DNA of 64,000 nucleotides from Flavobacteriaceae bacterium (GCA_024762795.1 JANTGS010000004.1:4114-68113); one strand, 5' to 3'; counted from the stretch's first letter, positions 28,880-39,132 are shown. Notes: generated by a model from the letters alone, not told the origin. Program-made: numbers and translations.

Positions 28880-29674
28880 TTAAAATTTACCTAATTTTAA
28901 GATGGTCAATGCGCCCTTAATTACAATAGCAAAGACTATTGTACCAATAAGAAGGTCGGGGATTCCCGAATTGAGAAAATAGACCAGAGCACCAGCCGTG
29001 ATCACACCGAGATTGATAATAATATCGTTGGAAGTAAAAATCATACTTGCCTGCATATGTGGTTCATCACTTTTTGATCTTTGAAGCAAAAGCAAACCAA
29101 CAGCATTTGCTATAAGGGCAAGCGTTGAAATGATAATCATCGTTCTGAAATCAGGTATCTCTTCATGATCAAAAAATCTTCTGAGTACTTCTGCAAAACC
29201 AAGAGCTGCAAGAAATATTTGAAAATATCCTGCCATGCTGGCAACTTTTTTCTTTTTAATCAAAGAACCTCCCACCGCGTAAATGCTCAATCCGTAAACA
29301 AAAGAATCTGCCAGCATATCCAGGCTGTCGGCCACCAGCCCCATAGATCTTGAAATAATACCGGTAAACATCTCAATGATAAAAAATCCAAAGTTGATAT
29401 AGAAGACAATCCAAAGTAATTTTCTCTGACTCTTTTCCTCTTTAAAATCGGTTCTTTCCGTATGCTCAGAAGCAATCTTTTCTCCCCCCAGATTCAGTTC
29501 TGCAATAGATCTTTCTATGGGTTCCGAATCACTCTCATGGAAAACACTAAGTTTCCGGTTAGGGATATCAAACTCAAGCTTTTTGATGCCGGGAATTTCA
29601 TTCAGTTTCATCCGGATCAGATTCTCTTCAGAAGGACAATCCATTTTGGTGATCTTAAAAGTAGTTCTGATCAT
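28880..29674 (-). CDS. Minimal cation-diffusion-facilitator-type transporter with N-terminal HMA-like domain
   Basis: N-terminal FKITKMDCPSEENLIRMKL (ferredoxin-like HMA fold with a single Cys). TM core with ADSLDMLADS, resembling the CDF metal site. No C-terminal cytoplasmic CDF domain. Confidence 0.6.
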   Translation of the reverse strand: MIRTTFKITKMDCPSEENLIRMKLNEIPGIKKLEFDIPNRKLSVFHESDSEPIERSIAELNLGGEKIASEHTERTDFKEEKSQRKLLWIVFYINFGFFIIEMFTGIISRSMGLVADSLDMLADSFVYGLSIYAVGGSLIKKKKVASMAGYFQIFLAALGFAEVLRRFFDHEEIPDFRTMIIISTLALIANAVGLLLLQRSKSDEPHMQASMIFTSNDIIINLGVITAGALVYFLNSGIPDLLIGTIVFAIVIKGALTILKLGKF

Positions 29675-29753
29675 AGAAAAGTTTTATAGATTTATAAAAT
29701 TAAGGTGATTATTTACAATGGACTTAAATTAAGGAAAATATTGGGGTTCGATA

Positions 29754-30857
29754 TCAGTTTTTCGTATCAGCCGGAGCAGGAAATATACCCTCAGAAAACT
29801 CAGCCAGCAGGACATCTCCAATCTTTAAAACCGTATCATCATCATTACGATTGGAAAAAATCACTACCGTAAGATTTTGATCAGGAATCTTCACCACGTA
29901 ATTTGTGAATCCCCTGGTATGCCCCGAGTGACTGACGATCATAGTGTTTCCTAAAAATTTTATACGCCATCCATATCCGTATCCTTCATTTTTTTCTTTG
30001 TCAAAATACTGAGGAGCATAAGCTTTTTCCTGAAGGTAAGCAGGGATCAAAATATGGTTTTGTAAAGCCTGATTCCATAAATAATAATCTGACAAAGAGG
30101 TATAGACTCCTCCGTCGCCCTGTACAGCACTGGTCATACTTTGATCTGTAAAAGAGATCTTATCACCATCTTTAAGAGTATATCCAAAAGCACGGTTCTT
30201 AATTTTGGTTTCTTTGGTATAAATAACCGAATTGTACATTTTGAGCGGATCGAAAATATGATCTTTCATATAATCAGCATAAGCTTTACCCGAAATCTTT
30301 TCAACGATCTGAGACAGGATCGCATAAGCGGTATTGCTGTAACTATATTGGGTTCCGGGTTTAAATTTTACAGAATCCTGTTGTTCCATCAATAATAAAA
30401 CCTCGTGGTCGAGAATTGGTTCTGCTCTGTCTTCTTTCATCAGATTCTCATAATCGAGTAAACCTGAAGTATGCGTTAACAGATGCTGAATTGTAATCTC
30501 TTTTCCATAATCGGGAAAGTTAGGGAAGATCTTATCCAGTGTAGTATTAAAAGATAATTTATTCTGATTGATCAATTGCAGAATTGCCATAGCGGTAAAC
30601 TGTTTACTTACCGAGGCCATTCTGTAATTGGTTTTAGTTGTTGAGGATAACCCGGATTCCACATTGGCAAGTCCGTAAGAACCGGTCATTCTCACTGTAT
30701 CATTTTTAATGATCATTACCACTGCCCCGGGAACCTTTCCCTGGTATTTACTGAATAAACTATCCATCTTTTTACGATCGATCTGTCCAAAAGAAAGGTA
30801 ATCTGTAAAAATAAAAAACAGCAGAAATAATAAAACAACGGAAGCACTTTTGATCAT
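29754..30857 (-). CDS. Serine hydrolase (class C beta-lactamase / PBP-like family)
   Basis: SVSKQFTA (SxxK), YSNTAY (YxN) and HSGHTRG motifs. Signal peptide. Confidence 0.8.
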   Translation of the reverse strand: MIKSASVVLLFLLFFIFTDYLSFGQIDRKKMDSLFSKYQGKVPGAVVMIIKNDTVRMTGSYGLANVESGLSSTTKTNYRMASVSKQFTAMAILQLINQNKLSFNTTLDKIFPNFPDYGKEITIQHLLTHTSGLLDYENLMKEDRAEPILDHEVLLLMEQQDSVKFKPGTQYSYSNTAYAILSQIVEKISGKAYADYMKDHIFDPLKMYNSVIYTKETKIKNRAFGYTLKDGDKISFTDQSMTSAVQGDGGVYTSLSDYYLWNQALQNHILIPAYLQEKAYAPQYFDKEKNEGYGYGWRIKFLGNTMIVSHSGHTRGFTNYVVKIPDQNLTVVIFSNRNDDDTVLKIGDVLLAEFSEGIFPAPADTKN

Positions 30858-30874
30858 GACAGGTTTAAAATAAT

Positions 30875-30923
30875 TTAAAAAAGAAAGGCTGTTTAAATAA
30901 TTTTATTTTTCAAACAGCCTTTT
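30875..30923 (-). terminator. Rho-independent terminator of pepD
   Basis: 11-bp stem AAAGGCTGTTT (30884-30894) / AAACAGCCTTT (30912-30922). On the minus strand it is followed by CTTTTTT. Confidence 0.6.
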
Positions 30924-30932
30924 ATATCCGGA

Positions 30933-32390
30933 TTAAGCTTTTTCAGGAATATTCTTTAATATTTCCAATAGATATTTCCAGAATTTTTGAGTTGATTTTA
31001 TATTTGCTCTTTCATCAGGAGAGTGAGCCCCCTGAATTGTAGGGCCAAAAGAGATCATATCCATATCAGGATAATTGGTTCCCAGAATACCACATTCGAG
31101 TCCGGCATGACAGGCAACAATATCAGCTTTTTTATCGAAGATCTTCTTATACAGATCTCCCATCACACTCAAAATTGGTGAGTTTGGATTGGGCTTCCAG
31201 CCTGGATAAGAGCCTGAGAACTCTACTGCAAAACCTTCTTTTTCAAAAGCATCCTTTAACTGATTGGCCACTTCCATCTTACTTTCTTCAACAGAAGACC
31301 TCGTCAGACATTCAATCTGCATATTTCCCTCATTTACAGTTACTTTAGCCACATTATTTGATGCCTCAACCAGCCCGGGCATATCTTCACTCATTTTCCA
31401 TACACCATTGTGAGCATTCTTAACTGCATTGATTAATTTTTCCTGTTCTTCCTTTGGCATTACTTTTTTAGGACAACCAGTATCTTCAATGATAAACTCA
31501 AAATTAGGATCTGTTTCTTTAAATTCTTCCTTGATCTTACCGGCTATATTACTTGCTTTTGCAATAAAATCAGCAGCATTCTTTGTAGAACAGACAACTG
31601 TGGCAAAACTCTCTCTTGGAATGGCATTGCGTAAACTACCTCCTTTAATCGAGGCAATGTTCATCAGATCTTTAGTAGCTTCAAAGATCCTGTTCATGAT
31701 CTTATTGGCATTTCCAAGACCAATATGAATATCCATACCGGAGTGTCCTCCTTTTAATCCTTTCAGTGATAGCTCAAAAGCTTTACAATTTCCGTCAAAT
31801 ACTTCTTCCTGATAGGTTTTTGTTGCCGTAACATCAATTCCTCCTGCACAACCTATATCCAGTTCAGTGTCTTCCTCTGTATCGAGGTTTAGCAGGATCT
31901 CTCCTGATAAATATCCGGCCTGTAAACCCTTAGCACCGGTCATCCCTGTTTCTTCGTCAATGGTGAAAAGTGCTTCAATGGCAGGATGAGGAATATCTTT
32001 ACTTTGCAAAATGCTCATTATAGCAGCAACACCCAAACCGTTATCTGCCCCTAAAGTTGTCCCGTCGGCAGTTACCCAATCACCATCTACATACATTTTG
32101 ATTCCTTCTGTATCAAAATCAAAATCGGTATCTTCATTCTTTTGATGAACCATATCCAGATGTGATTGCAACACAACAGTTTTTTTATTTTCCATTCCGG
32201 GCGTTGCCGGTTTTTTAATGATCACATTTTGTATAGGGTCGACAATAGTTTCCAAATCTAATTTTTTACCAAAATCAACCATAAAGGCGATAACCTTCTC
32301 TTCTTTTTTTGAACCTCTGGGAACTGCATTCAGATCAGCAAAATTATTCCATAATACCTTGGGTTCCAGATTTCTGACATCCTGACTCAT
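30933..32390 (-). CDS. pepD: Aminoacyl-histidine (Xaa-His) dipeptidase, M20C
   Basis: 485 aa. N-terminal LEPKVLWNNFADLNAVPRGSKKEEKV, HLDMV, IDEETGMTGA and GAHSPDE motifs typical of PepD. Confidence 0.85.
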   Translation of the reverse strand: MSQDVRNLEPKVLWNNFADLNAVPRGSKKEEKVIAFMVDFGKKLDLETIVDPIQNVIIKKPATPGMENKKTVVLQSHLDMVHQKNEDTDFDFDTEGIKMYVDGDWVTADGTTLGADNGLGVAAIMSILQSKDIPHPAIEALFTIDEETGMTGAKGLQAGYLSGEILLNLDTEEDTELDIGCAGGIDVTATKTYQEEVFDGNCKAFELSLKGLKGGHSGMDIHIGLGNANKIMNRIFEATKDLMNIASIKGGSLRNAIPRESFATVVCSTKNAADFIAKASNIAGKIKEEFKETDPNFEFIIEDTGCPKKVMPKEEQEKLINAVKNAHNGVWKMSEDMPGLVEASNNVAKVTVNEGNMQIECLTRSSVEESKMEVANQLKDAFEKEGFAVEFSGSYPGWKPNPNSPILSVMGDLYKKIFDKKADIVACHAGLECGILGTNYPDMDMISFGPTIQGAHSPDERANIKSTQKFWKYLLEILKNIPEKA

Positions 32391-32500
32391 ATTATTTCTG
32401 TTTTAATGTTTTATTTGTTCATCAAAGGTAGCAAAAAGCAGGCATTGCTCAAAGGAAGTAACGTGATATTCGTATTGCTTACCGAAAGTCAGGTTTGTTT

Positions 32501-32608
32501 AGTGATGTTCAGTGAAATGGTGATGCGGTGAAGCAGTGATACGGTGATACGGTGATGTTGTGATGTAGTGATGCGGTGATGTGCCTGCCGCATTAGGTGG
32601 GGTGATGC
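32501..32608. repeat. Degenerate tandem array with 8-nt period, consensus GGTGATGC
   Basis: Contiguous octamers from 32519: GGTGATGC GGTGAAGC AGTGATAC GGTGATAC GGTGATGT TGTGATGT AGTGATGC GGTGATGT. Looser copies lie on both sides. Confidence 0.8.
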
Positions 32609-32610
32609 AG

Positions 32611-33066
32611 TTAGCTTTTTGTTAGAACATCTTTTAAAAAGTTTAATAATTCTGTTTCTGTGCCAATAATTTTATCAAAAGACATTTTAAGCATCGGGTT
32701 GAGTTTTGCCCCTAAAAAAGCAGCTCTTACATCGGTGTGTAACCCGAGAATAATACGCTCTTTACGCTTTAAATATTTATCGGCGTAGGCCATCCCCAGT
32801 TCAACTGCAGCACCTTCATCAGGAACTCTTCCGTCCAGAATGTAAAGAAAAATGTCGCTTTTGAAGATCTGATCCCTGTCTAAAGAAAACATAAGCCTCC
32901 TTCTCTCTTCATCGGTCATCGAATTGTAAGGAGGTTTTTGTTTATCAACACCATCCCTTTGAGGTAGAAAAACATCAAATCCCAGACTCTCAATCTTAGA
33001 GGTCAGGGTTTGATTATATTTCTTTTCAGATGAGCTGAATAAAGGGGCAGCAAAATAGATTTTCAT
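32611..33066 (-). CDS. Nucleoside 2-deoxyribosyltransferase family protein
   Basis: MKIYFAAPLFS N-terminus and PDEGAAVELGMAYA catalytic-Glu motif. ATG at 33066; the track start at 33072 is a TTG. Confidence 0.65.
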   Translation of the reverse strand: MKIYFAAPLFSSSEKKYNQTLTSKIESLGFDVFLPQRDGVDKQKPPYNSMTDEERRRLMFSLDRDQIFKSDIFLYILDGRVPDEGAAVELGMAYADKYLKRKERIILGLHTDVRAAFLGAKLNPMLKMSFDKIIGTETELLNFLKDVLTKS

Positions 33067-33068
33067 CT

Positions 33069-33698
33069 TCAAATTTTAATAATCATCTCAGACAAGGGTT
33101 TTCTTACCTTTTTCATATTTTGCATAATATCATCTTTAGCCCGGACACCTACAGGAAGCATCAATACTGATTTAAGGCCTTTTTCATTCAGATTTAATAA
33201 TTCATCCACCTTTTCAGGAACAAAACCTTCGAGCGGACAACTATCGATCTTTTCCACAGCGCAAACCGTCATCAGATTTCCTAAAGCAATATAGGTCTGA
33301 TAAATTGATGATCGTTCAATTTCTTCTTCGGATTTAGCTGCATACATTTCTTTCAATTGCTTTCTAAAATCTCCAACAATCTCTTCAGAAACGCCTCGGA
33401 TCTCTTTTTCCCGGTCAAAATAAGCATCGATATAATCCAAATCTACAGTGGTATCAATACAAAGTATCAACAGGTGAGAACAGGTTTTTACCTGCTTCTG
33501 AAAAAAGGAATAACGAAAAATCTTATTTTTTAATTCCTGATCTTTGATAACGATCATCTTTATGGGTTGTAATCCGAAAGAGGTGGGTGTTAAATTAAAA
33601 GCCTCTTTTAAAGTATCGATTTGATCTTCACTTAAAATCTTTGAATCATCAAATTTCTTACAGGCATATCGCCATTTTAAACTGTCTGTTATTGTCAT
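33069..33698 (-). CDS. NAD(P)H-dependent nitroreductase family protein
   Basis: N-terminal LKWRYACKKFD motif typical of NfsB-like nitroreductases; 209 aa. Confidence 0.7.
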   Translation of the reverse strand: MTITDSLKWRYACKKFDDSKILSEDQIDTLKEAFNLTPTSFGLQPIKMIVIKDQELKNKIFRYSFFQKQVKTCSHLLILCIDTTVDLDYIDAYFDREKEIRGVSEEIVGDFRKQLKEMYAAKSEEEIERSSIYQTYIALGNLMTVCAVEKIDSCPLEGFVPEKVDELLNLNEKGLKSVLMLPVGVRAKDDIMQNMKKVRKPLSEMIIKI

Positions 33699-33717
33699 AA
33701 TGAATTTCTTAGTTATT

Positions 33718-35547
33718 TTATTGCAGTGATTGCATATTTACCAGTTTGTAGTAGATTCCTTTCTTTTTCAGTAAGTCATCGTGCTTACCCTTTTCAACAA
33801 TCTTTCCTTCATGCATCACAATGATCTCATCAGCCTTCTGAATAGTTGACAAGCGGTGTGCCACAACCAGTGAGGTGCGGTTTTCCATCATCTTTTCCAA
33901 AGCTTTTTGTACGAGTTGTTCTGATTCGGTATCCAGTGCAGAGGTTGCCTCATCAAGGATCATAATAGGAGGATTTTTCAAAACCGCACGTGCTATCGAA
34001 AGTCGTTGTCTCTGACCACCGGAAAGTGTATTTCCGCTGTCGCCAATATTGGTATCGTATTTTTTTGGCAGATTTACGATAAACTCATGGGCATTGGCAA
34101 TCTTTGCTGCATCAATTACCTCTTCATCAGAAGCCTCATCCACACCGAGTTTGATATTATTTTTTACTGTATCGTGAAATAAAATTGATTCCTGAGTTAC
34201 AAGGCCGATCAGTTCCCTGAGAGATTCTATGGTTAGATCTTTAATATTAATTCCATCGATCAGTATTTCTCCTTTTTCAACATCGTAAAACCTTGGTATC
34301 AAATTGGTAAGTGTTGATTTTCCACTTCCGGATTGTCCGACCAAGGCAATGGTTTTCCCCTTTGGAATGCTAAGAGAAAAGTCCTTTAGTACATAGTCAT
34401 CTTTATATTTAAAAGAGATATTCCTTAACTCTATCTCCTGATCGAAAGATTCTTTTACAATGGCTCCGGGTTTGTCTTTAATCGTGTTATCGGTATCAAG
34501 GATAGACATGATCCTTTCTGCGGAAGCATTCCCTTTTTGAATACTGAAAAATGCCTGGGAAATGGCTTTGGCAGGATTAAGAATCAGGTAGAAAAGACCA
34601 ATAAAACCTAAAAATTCCTGAGGTTTCATATCATCTTCTCCATTAAGAACTATTCTCCCTCCAAACCAAAGTATGGTAATGATCGTTGCCGAACCCAAAA
34701 ATTCACTCATCGGTGATGCCATATTGTTTCTGTGTAAAACACTATTCATAAGGCTTTCAAAACGAGAAGTTGATTTCTGAAATTTCTTCTCCATTTTTTT
34801 TTCGGCCGTAAAACTCTTGATCACTTTGGCTCCCGTAAGTGTTTCTTCAATAAAGGAAAGAAAATTCCCTGTTTCCTGTTGTGCTAAAAGCGATTTAGCC
34901 TTGAGTTTCTTACTGATGGAAGAAATGATTATTCCGGAAACGGGCAGTAAAATAAAAGCAAAGAGTGTTAATTTCGCACTGATAGCCAGCATGGATATCA
35001 GGGTTAAAGCGATAGTAAGCGGCTCTCTTACAATAGCTTCCAAAGAATTTAAAAAAGAAACCTCGATCTCCTTTACATCACTTGTCATTCTCGCAATGGT
35101 ATCTCCTTTTTTCTTTTCGGAGAAATAAGAAATAGGTAATTCCAGAACTTTATGGTACAACTGATCACGGATATCTTTAACCACACCATTTCGTAAAAAA
35201 GCAAGTACATAAAGTGCCAGATACCTAAAAAGATTTTTAAAGAAAAAAGCTGAAAAACTGATGATACTTACAAAAGCCAGTGCTTTTTCAGCTCCTCCGG
35301 ATTCGAGCATATGAGAAACATAAAAATTCAGACTGTTCTGCACATAATCGTAAATACCGGCAATTCCTGTAAAAACGGGTTTTACCGTTACTCTTTCCTC
35401 TCTGCCAAATAAAATTCCCAATACGGGAATGAACGTAAGTACCGACAGTACATTAAAAATAGCATAAAGGATATTAAACAATACATTAAGCCAGGCATAT
35501 TTTGAATATGGCCTGGCATAATTAATGATTTTCTTAAAATAATTCAT
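33718..35547 (-). CDS. ABC transporter, fused permease/ATP-binding exporter (MsbA-like)
   Basis: Six-TM N-terminal domain, Walker A GQSGSGKST, signature LSGGQRQR, Walker B ILDEATSALD. Confidence 0.88.
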   Translation of the reverse strand: MNYFKKIINYARPYSKYAWLNVLFNILYAIFNVLSVLTFIPVLGILFGREERVTVKPVFTGIAGIYDYVQNSLNFYVSHMLESGGAEKALAFVSIISFSAFFFKNLFRYLALYVLAFLRNGVVKDIRDQLYHKVLELPISYFSEKKKGDTIARMTSDVKEIEVSFLNSLEAIVREPLTIALTLISMLAISAKLTLFAFILLPVSGIIISSISKKLKAKSLLAQQETGNFLSFIEETLTGAKVIKSFTAEKKMEKKFQKSTSRFESLMNSVLHRNNMASPMSEFLGSATIITILWFGGRIVLNGEDDMKPQEFLGFIGLFYLILNPAKAISQAFFSIQKGNASAERIMSILDTDNTIKDKPGAIVKESFDQEIELRNISFKYKDDYVLKDFSLSIPKGKTIALVGQSGSGKSTLTNLIPRFYDVEKGEILIDGINIKDLTIESLRELIGLVTQESILFHDTVKNNIKLGVDEASDEEVIDAAKIANAHEFIVNLPKKYDTNIGDSGNTLSGGQRQRLSIARAVLKNPPIMILDEATSALDTESEQLVQKALEKMMENRTSLVVAHRLSTIQKADEIIVMHEGKIVEKGKHDDLLKKKGIYYKLVNMQSLQ

Positions 35548-35592
35548 GTAATATTAATTATAAGAGCAATTAACACTTTCAGGTTAATGACC

Positions 35593-37314
35593 TTATAATT
35601 TCAGATCGGTTATAATTCGTTTTATTTTTTGATCGAGCTCAGCTTCCACTTTCTCAAGATCTTCAATCTTATCCAGAGGAGCATTAACACTAAAATAGAA
35701 TTTAATTTTAGGTTCTGTTCCACTCGGACGTGCAGCCACCCTCGTTCCTTTTTCAGTCTCGTAGATCAGCACATTGGACTTAGGAATATCAATATCTTCT
35801 TTTTCTCCCGTAACCGGATTTGTACAAACAGAATTTTGATAATCACAAATACGGGTAACTTTCTCACCATCAATTTCAAGTACCGGATCGTTTCTTAAAT
35901 CGGACATCATTTGCTTGATTTCATTGGCTCCTTCAATACCTTTTTTAACTACTGCAATCAGGTGTTCTTTGTAAAAACCGTGTTTGATGTATAAATTGAT
36001 AAGTTCCTTGTAAAAAGAAGATCCGTTATTTTTAGCGATGGTTGCAATCTCACAGGCCAGCAAAGTAGCTGAAACTGCATCTTTATCCCTTACAAAATCA
36101 CCCACCATAAATCCGAAACTTTCTTCTCCTCCACCTATAAATTCCTGCTTACCTTCAGCTTCGCGTATCATTTTTGCAATCCACTTAAAACCTGTAAGCC
36201 CTACTTTGGTCTCTACACCGTAAGAACCCGCTATCTTATTGATCAGCGGCGTGGAAACAATGGTAGAACCAACAAATTGTTTACCGTTTAACCTACCTTC
36301 TTCTTCCCATTTTTTGATCAACGCATCAACCATGATGCTAAAGGTCTGATTTCCGTTGAGTAAAACCATTTTATCATTCAGGTCTCTTACTGCAACTCCC
36401 AAACGGTCACAATCGGGATCTGTACCAATAACGATCTCTCCATCTACTTTCTCGGCCAGGTCTGTAGCCATTTTTAAAGCTTCCGGTTCTTCCGGATTAG
36501 GGGATTCTACCGTTGGAAAATCTCCGTTAGGTTCTCTTTGCTCTTCAACAATATGTACATTGGTAAAACCTGCCTGCTCCAGAGCTCGTGGAATGATGGT
36601 AACCGAAGTACCGTGTAAAGGAGTAAAAACCACCTTTAATTTATCCCGGTTCTCAGTTCCGTAGAACGTAGCATTTTCAACAGCTTTATCGGTAAATTTC
36701 TTATCCATCTCCTCACCGATTATTTCAATGAGATCCTCATGGGCATCAAACTTTATATCTGCAAAATCTACTGAATTGATCTCATTGACGATATCCCCAT
36801 CCTGTGGAGGAATGATCTGGCCACCATCATTAAAATATACTTTGTATCCGTTGTATTCAGGTGGATTATGAGATGCAGTGAGAATAATACCTGAATCACA
36901 TCCTAACTCACGAACGGTATAGGAAAGTTCCGGTGTTGGACGCAAATCCTCAAAAAGATATACTTTAATATTATTGGCAGAAAGCACCTCGGCAACGCTT
37001 CTTGCAAAGGTTTTGCTGTTGTGTCGGCAATCGAAAGCAATAGCAACTTTTAATGATTTTCCGGGAAAAGTTCTGATCAGGTAATTGGCAAGCCCCTGTG
37101 TATTTCTTCCCAAAGTATATTTGTTGATCCTGTTGGTACCGGCACCCATAATGCCACGCATACCTCCTGTACCAAATTCAAGATCTTTATAAAACCGGTC
37201 TAAGAGCTCTTTTGGATCGTTATCGATTAGTTCTTTGATCTCATTCTGAGTATCTTTATCGAATGTATCACTTAGCCAAAGTTTGGCTTTTTTAATTATT
37301 TCTTCAGTATCCAT
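35593..37314 (-). CDS. Phosphoglucomutase/phosphomannomutase family (PgcA-like)
   Basis: Active-site TASHNPPEYNGYK and GTDPDCDRLG Mg-binding loop. Start at ATG 37314. Confidence 0.85.
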   Translation of the reverse strand: MDTEEIIKKAKLWLSDTFDKDTQNEIKELIDNDPKELLDRFYKDLEFGTGGMRGIMGAGTNRINKYTLGRNTQGLANYLIRTFPGKSLKVAIAFDCRHNSKTFARSVAEVLSANNIKVYLFEDLRPTPELSYTVRELGCDSGIILTASHNPPEYNGYKVYFNDGGQIIPPQDGDIVNEINSVDFADIKFDAHEDLIEIIGEEMDKKFTDKAVENATFYGTENRDKLKVVFTPLHGTSVTIIPRALEQAGFTNVHIVEEQREPNGDFPTVESPNPEEPEALKMATDLAEKVDGEIVIGTDPDCDRLGVAVRDLNDKMVLLNGNQTFSIMVDALIKKWEEEGRLNGKQFVGSTIVSTPLINKIAGSYGVETKVGLTGFKWIAKMIREAEGKQEFIGGGEESFGFMVGDFVRDKDAVSATLLACEIATIAKNNGSSFYKELINLYIKHGFYKEHLIAVVKKGIEGANEIKQMMSDLRNDPVLEIDGEKVTRICDYQNSVCTNPVTGEKEDIDIPKSNVLIYETEKGTRVAARPSGTEPKIKFYFSVNAPLDKIEDLEKVEAELDQKIKRIITDLKL

Positions 37315-37412
37315 GTTAATTGAAATTTTAAGATACAAATATAAGCTTTTGAAATGAAAAAAACTTGAGTTTGGATAGGTTAAAAATATTGCCGTAAAAC
37401 CTGTGAAACAAA

Positions 37413-38369
37413 TTACAGATTGAGCTGTTTGCTGATACTGTACCTTTTTTCATCTCTTTTGGTACGTAAGATAAGCTCCCCGAGGAATCCTGACAAGAAT
37501 AGCAATGACCCAATAACCATAGAGGTAAGTGCAATATAGAACCACGGATTATCGGTTACCAGAATAGTAGGTTTATGGTGGTATAATTTTATCAGTTTAG
37601 ATATACCGATGTATAGGGAAGAAAAGAATCCGATCAGAAACATGAGCGTACCCAGTAAACCAAAGAGATGCATGGGCCTTTTACCAAATTTTGTTAAGAA
37701 TCCGATGGTGATCAGATCGAGAAAACCATTGATAAACCGGTCCATACCAAACTTGGTAGTGCCATATTTTCTAGCCTGATGTTGTACAACTTTTTCATCA
37801 ATTTTAGTAAAACCTGCATTTTTAGCCAAAACGGGAATATAGCGGTGCATCTCGCCATACACATCAATGCTTTTTACCACATCTTTTTTGTAGGCTTTGA
37901 GGCCGCAATTAAAATCGTGCAGTTTTAAACCGGATGTTTTTCGGGCCGCCGCATTAAATAATTTGGAAGGCATATTTTTTCTGATCTTCGAATCATAGCG
38001 GATCTTCTTCCATCCTGAGATCAGATCATAATCCTTATTTCTGATCAGGTCAAAAAGTTCGGGAATTTCTTCGGGATTATCCTGTAAATCAGCATCCATG
38101 GTGATTACCACATCTCCGGCAGCCATTTTAAAACCGGCATTTAAAGCTTGCGATTTCCCGTAATTAATATGGAACTTTATACCTTTTACACTGGGATCCT
38201 TTTTTGAGAGTTCCTCAATGATCTGCCAGGAATTATCTGTACTCCCGTCATCAATAAAGATAATTTCAAAAGAATAACGATTGGACTGCATAACTTTTAC
38301 AATCCAATCGTATAGCTCTTGAATAGATTCTTCCTCATTTAATAAAGGAATGACTACAGAAATATCCAT
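37413..38369 (-). CDS. GT2 polyprenyl-phosphate glycosyltransferase (DPM1/GtrB/CsbB-like)
   Basis: VVIPLLNEE, IFIDDGSTD and DADLQD motifs, plus two C-terminal TM helices. Confidence 0.85.
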   Translation of the reverse strand: MDISVVIPLLNEEESIQELYDWIVKVMQSNRYSFEIIFIDDGSTDNSWQIIEELSKKDPSVKGIKFHINYGKSQALNAGFKMAAGDVVITMDADLQDNPEEIPELFDLIRNKDYDLISGWKKIRYDSKIRKNMPSKLFNAAARKTSGLKLHDFNCGLKAYKKDVVKSIDVYGEMHRYIPVLAKNAGFTKIDEKVVQHQARKYGTTKFGMDRFINGFLDLITIGFLTKFGKRPMHLFGLLGTLMFLIGFFSSLYIGISKLIKLYHHKPTILVTDNPWFYIALTSMVIGSLLFLSGFLGELILRTKRDEKRYSISKQLNL

Positions 38370-38374
38370 ATATT

Positions 38375-38905
38375 TTATTCTAATTCAGGATTCTTTTTTT
38401 TCATTATCGCTGCCAAAAGTAGTCCGAAAACTGAATAAATAGCAAGAGAAAGGAAATAATTTTTTAACTGATTTACAAAAGAAAAAGTATTTTCCTCCTG
38501 AATTTTAGCAATAGCTTCATCAATATTTTCCTGAGGCACATCGAAATTCTCCATCATATCAGTCACTTTATCTATAGACATTTGTTTGATCTCTTCCTGT
38601 GCTCCGGGATCAATAACATTAAAGATAAGCAAAGAGACAAGGGATGAAATTAAAAAACCTACAACAACAACAAGAAAATAAGTTGAAAAAGCATCTTTAA
38701 AGCTTATAAAACCTCCCAGCCCTTTTTTAGCAGACGAAATAGCAAAGATTCCAAGAATGATAACAAGGAAAAAATAAACTACGATCAGCCAGGGTTTAAC
38801 GAGAAAGGAAAGATCAACAGAATAAGCATAAGTTGTCATTAATGCGAGGATGAAGCCTAAGATCAGACCAAACATCAAGCCTTTTGACTTTACAATTTGA
38901 TTCAT
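38375..38905 (-). CDS. DUF4199-like membrane protein
   Basis: 176 aa with 4 TM segments. This arrangement next to GT2 is common in Bacteroidota, from memory. Confidence 0.5.
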   Translation of the reverse strand: MNQIVKSKGLMFGLILGFILALMTTYAYSVDLSFLVKPWLIVVYFFLVIILGIFAISSAKKGLGGFISFKDAFSTYFLVVVVGFLISSLVSLLIFNVIDPGAQEEIKQMSIDKVTDMMENFDVPQENIDEAIAKIQEENTFSFVNQLKNYFLSLAIYSVFGLLLAAIMKKKNPELE

Positions 38906-39025
38906 AATAACGAAGTTTAAATTAGTTAAACAAATATAATTAAATAAGTTAAATACCTGTCATAATTTTAAGATTACCTTATGAAAAATTTAAATAAAAA
39001 TGATTGTCAGATTAAAAAAGGGTTG

Positions 39026-39033
39026 TAAATTTG
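39026..39033 (+). promoter_or_regulatory. -7 promoter box of the SRP RNA gene
   Basis: TAAATTTG matches TAnnTTTG and ends 5 nt before the predicted 5' end of the RNA. Confidence 0.55.
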
Positions 39034-39038
39034 CAACC

Positions 39039-39132
39039 GGCAAGTCCTACACAACCAGCTCCCTGAGAATCCTCCAGGGCGGGAACGCAGCAAAGGTATT
39101 AGGTTGTAGCGGTGTGATGTAGGTAGCTTGCC
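39039..39132 (+). ncRNA. ffs: Signal recognition particle RNA (small/4.5S type)
   Basis: ~94-nt hairpin in which GGCAAG..CCTAC..ACAACC pairs with GGTTGT..GTAGG..CTTGCC. The apex CAGG-GCG-GGAA-CGC-AGCA-AAGG reproduces SRP domain IV (E. coli 4.5S: CAGG-UCC-GGAA-GGA-AGCA-GCCAAGG), including the GGAA tetraloop. GATGTAG is also shared. A T7 run follows. Confidence 0.85.
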
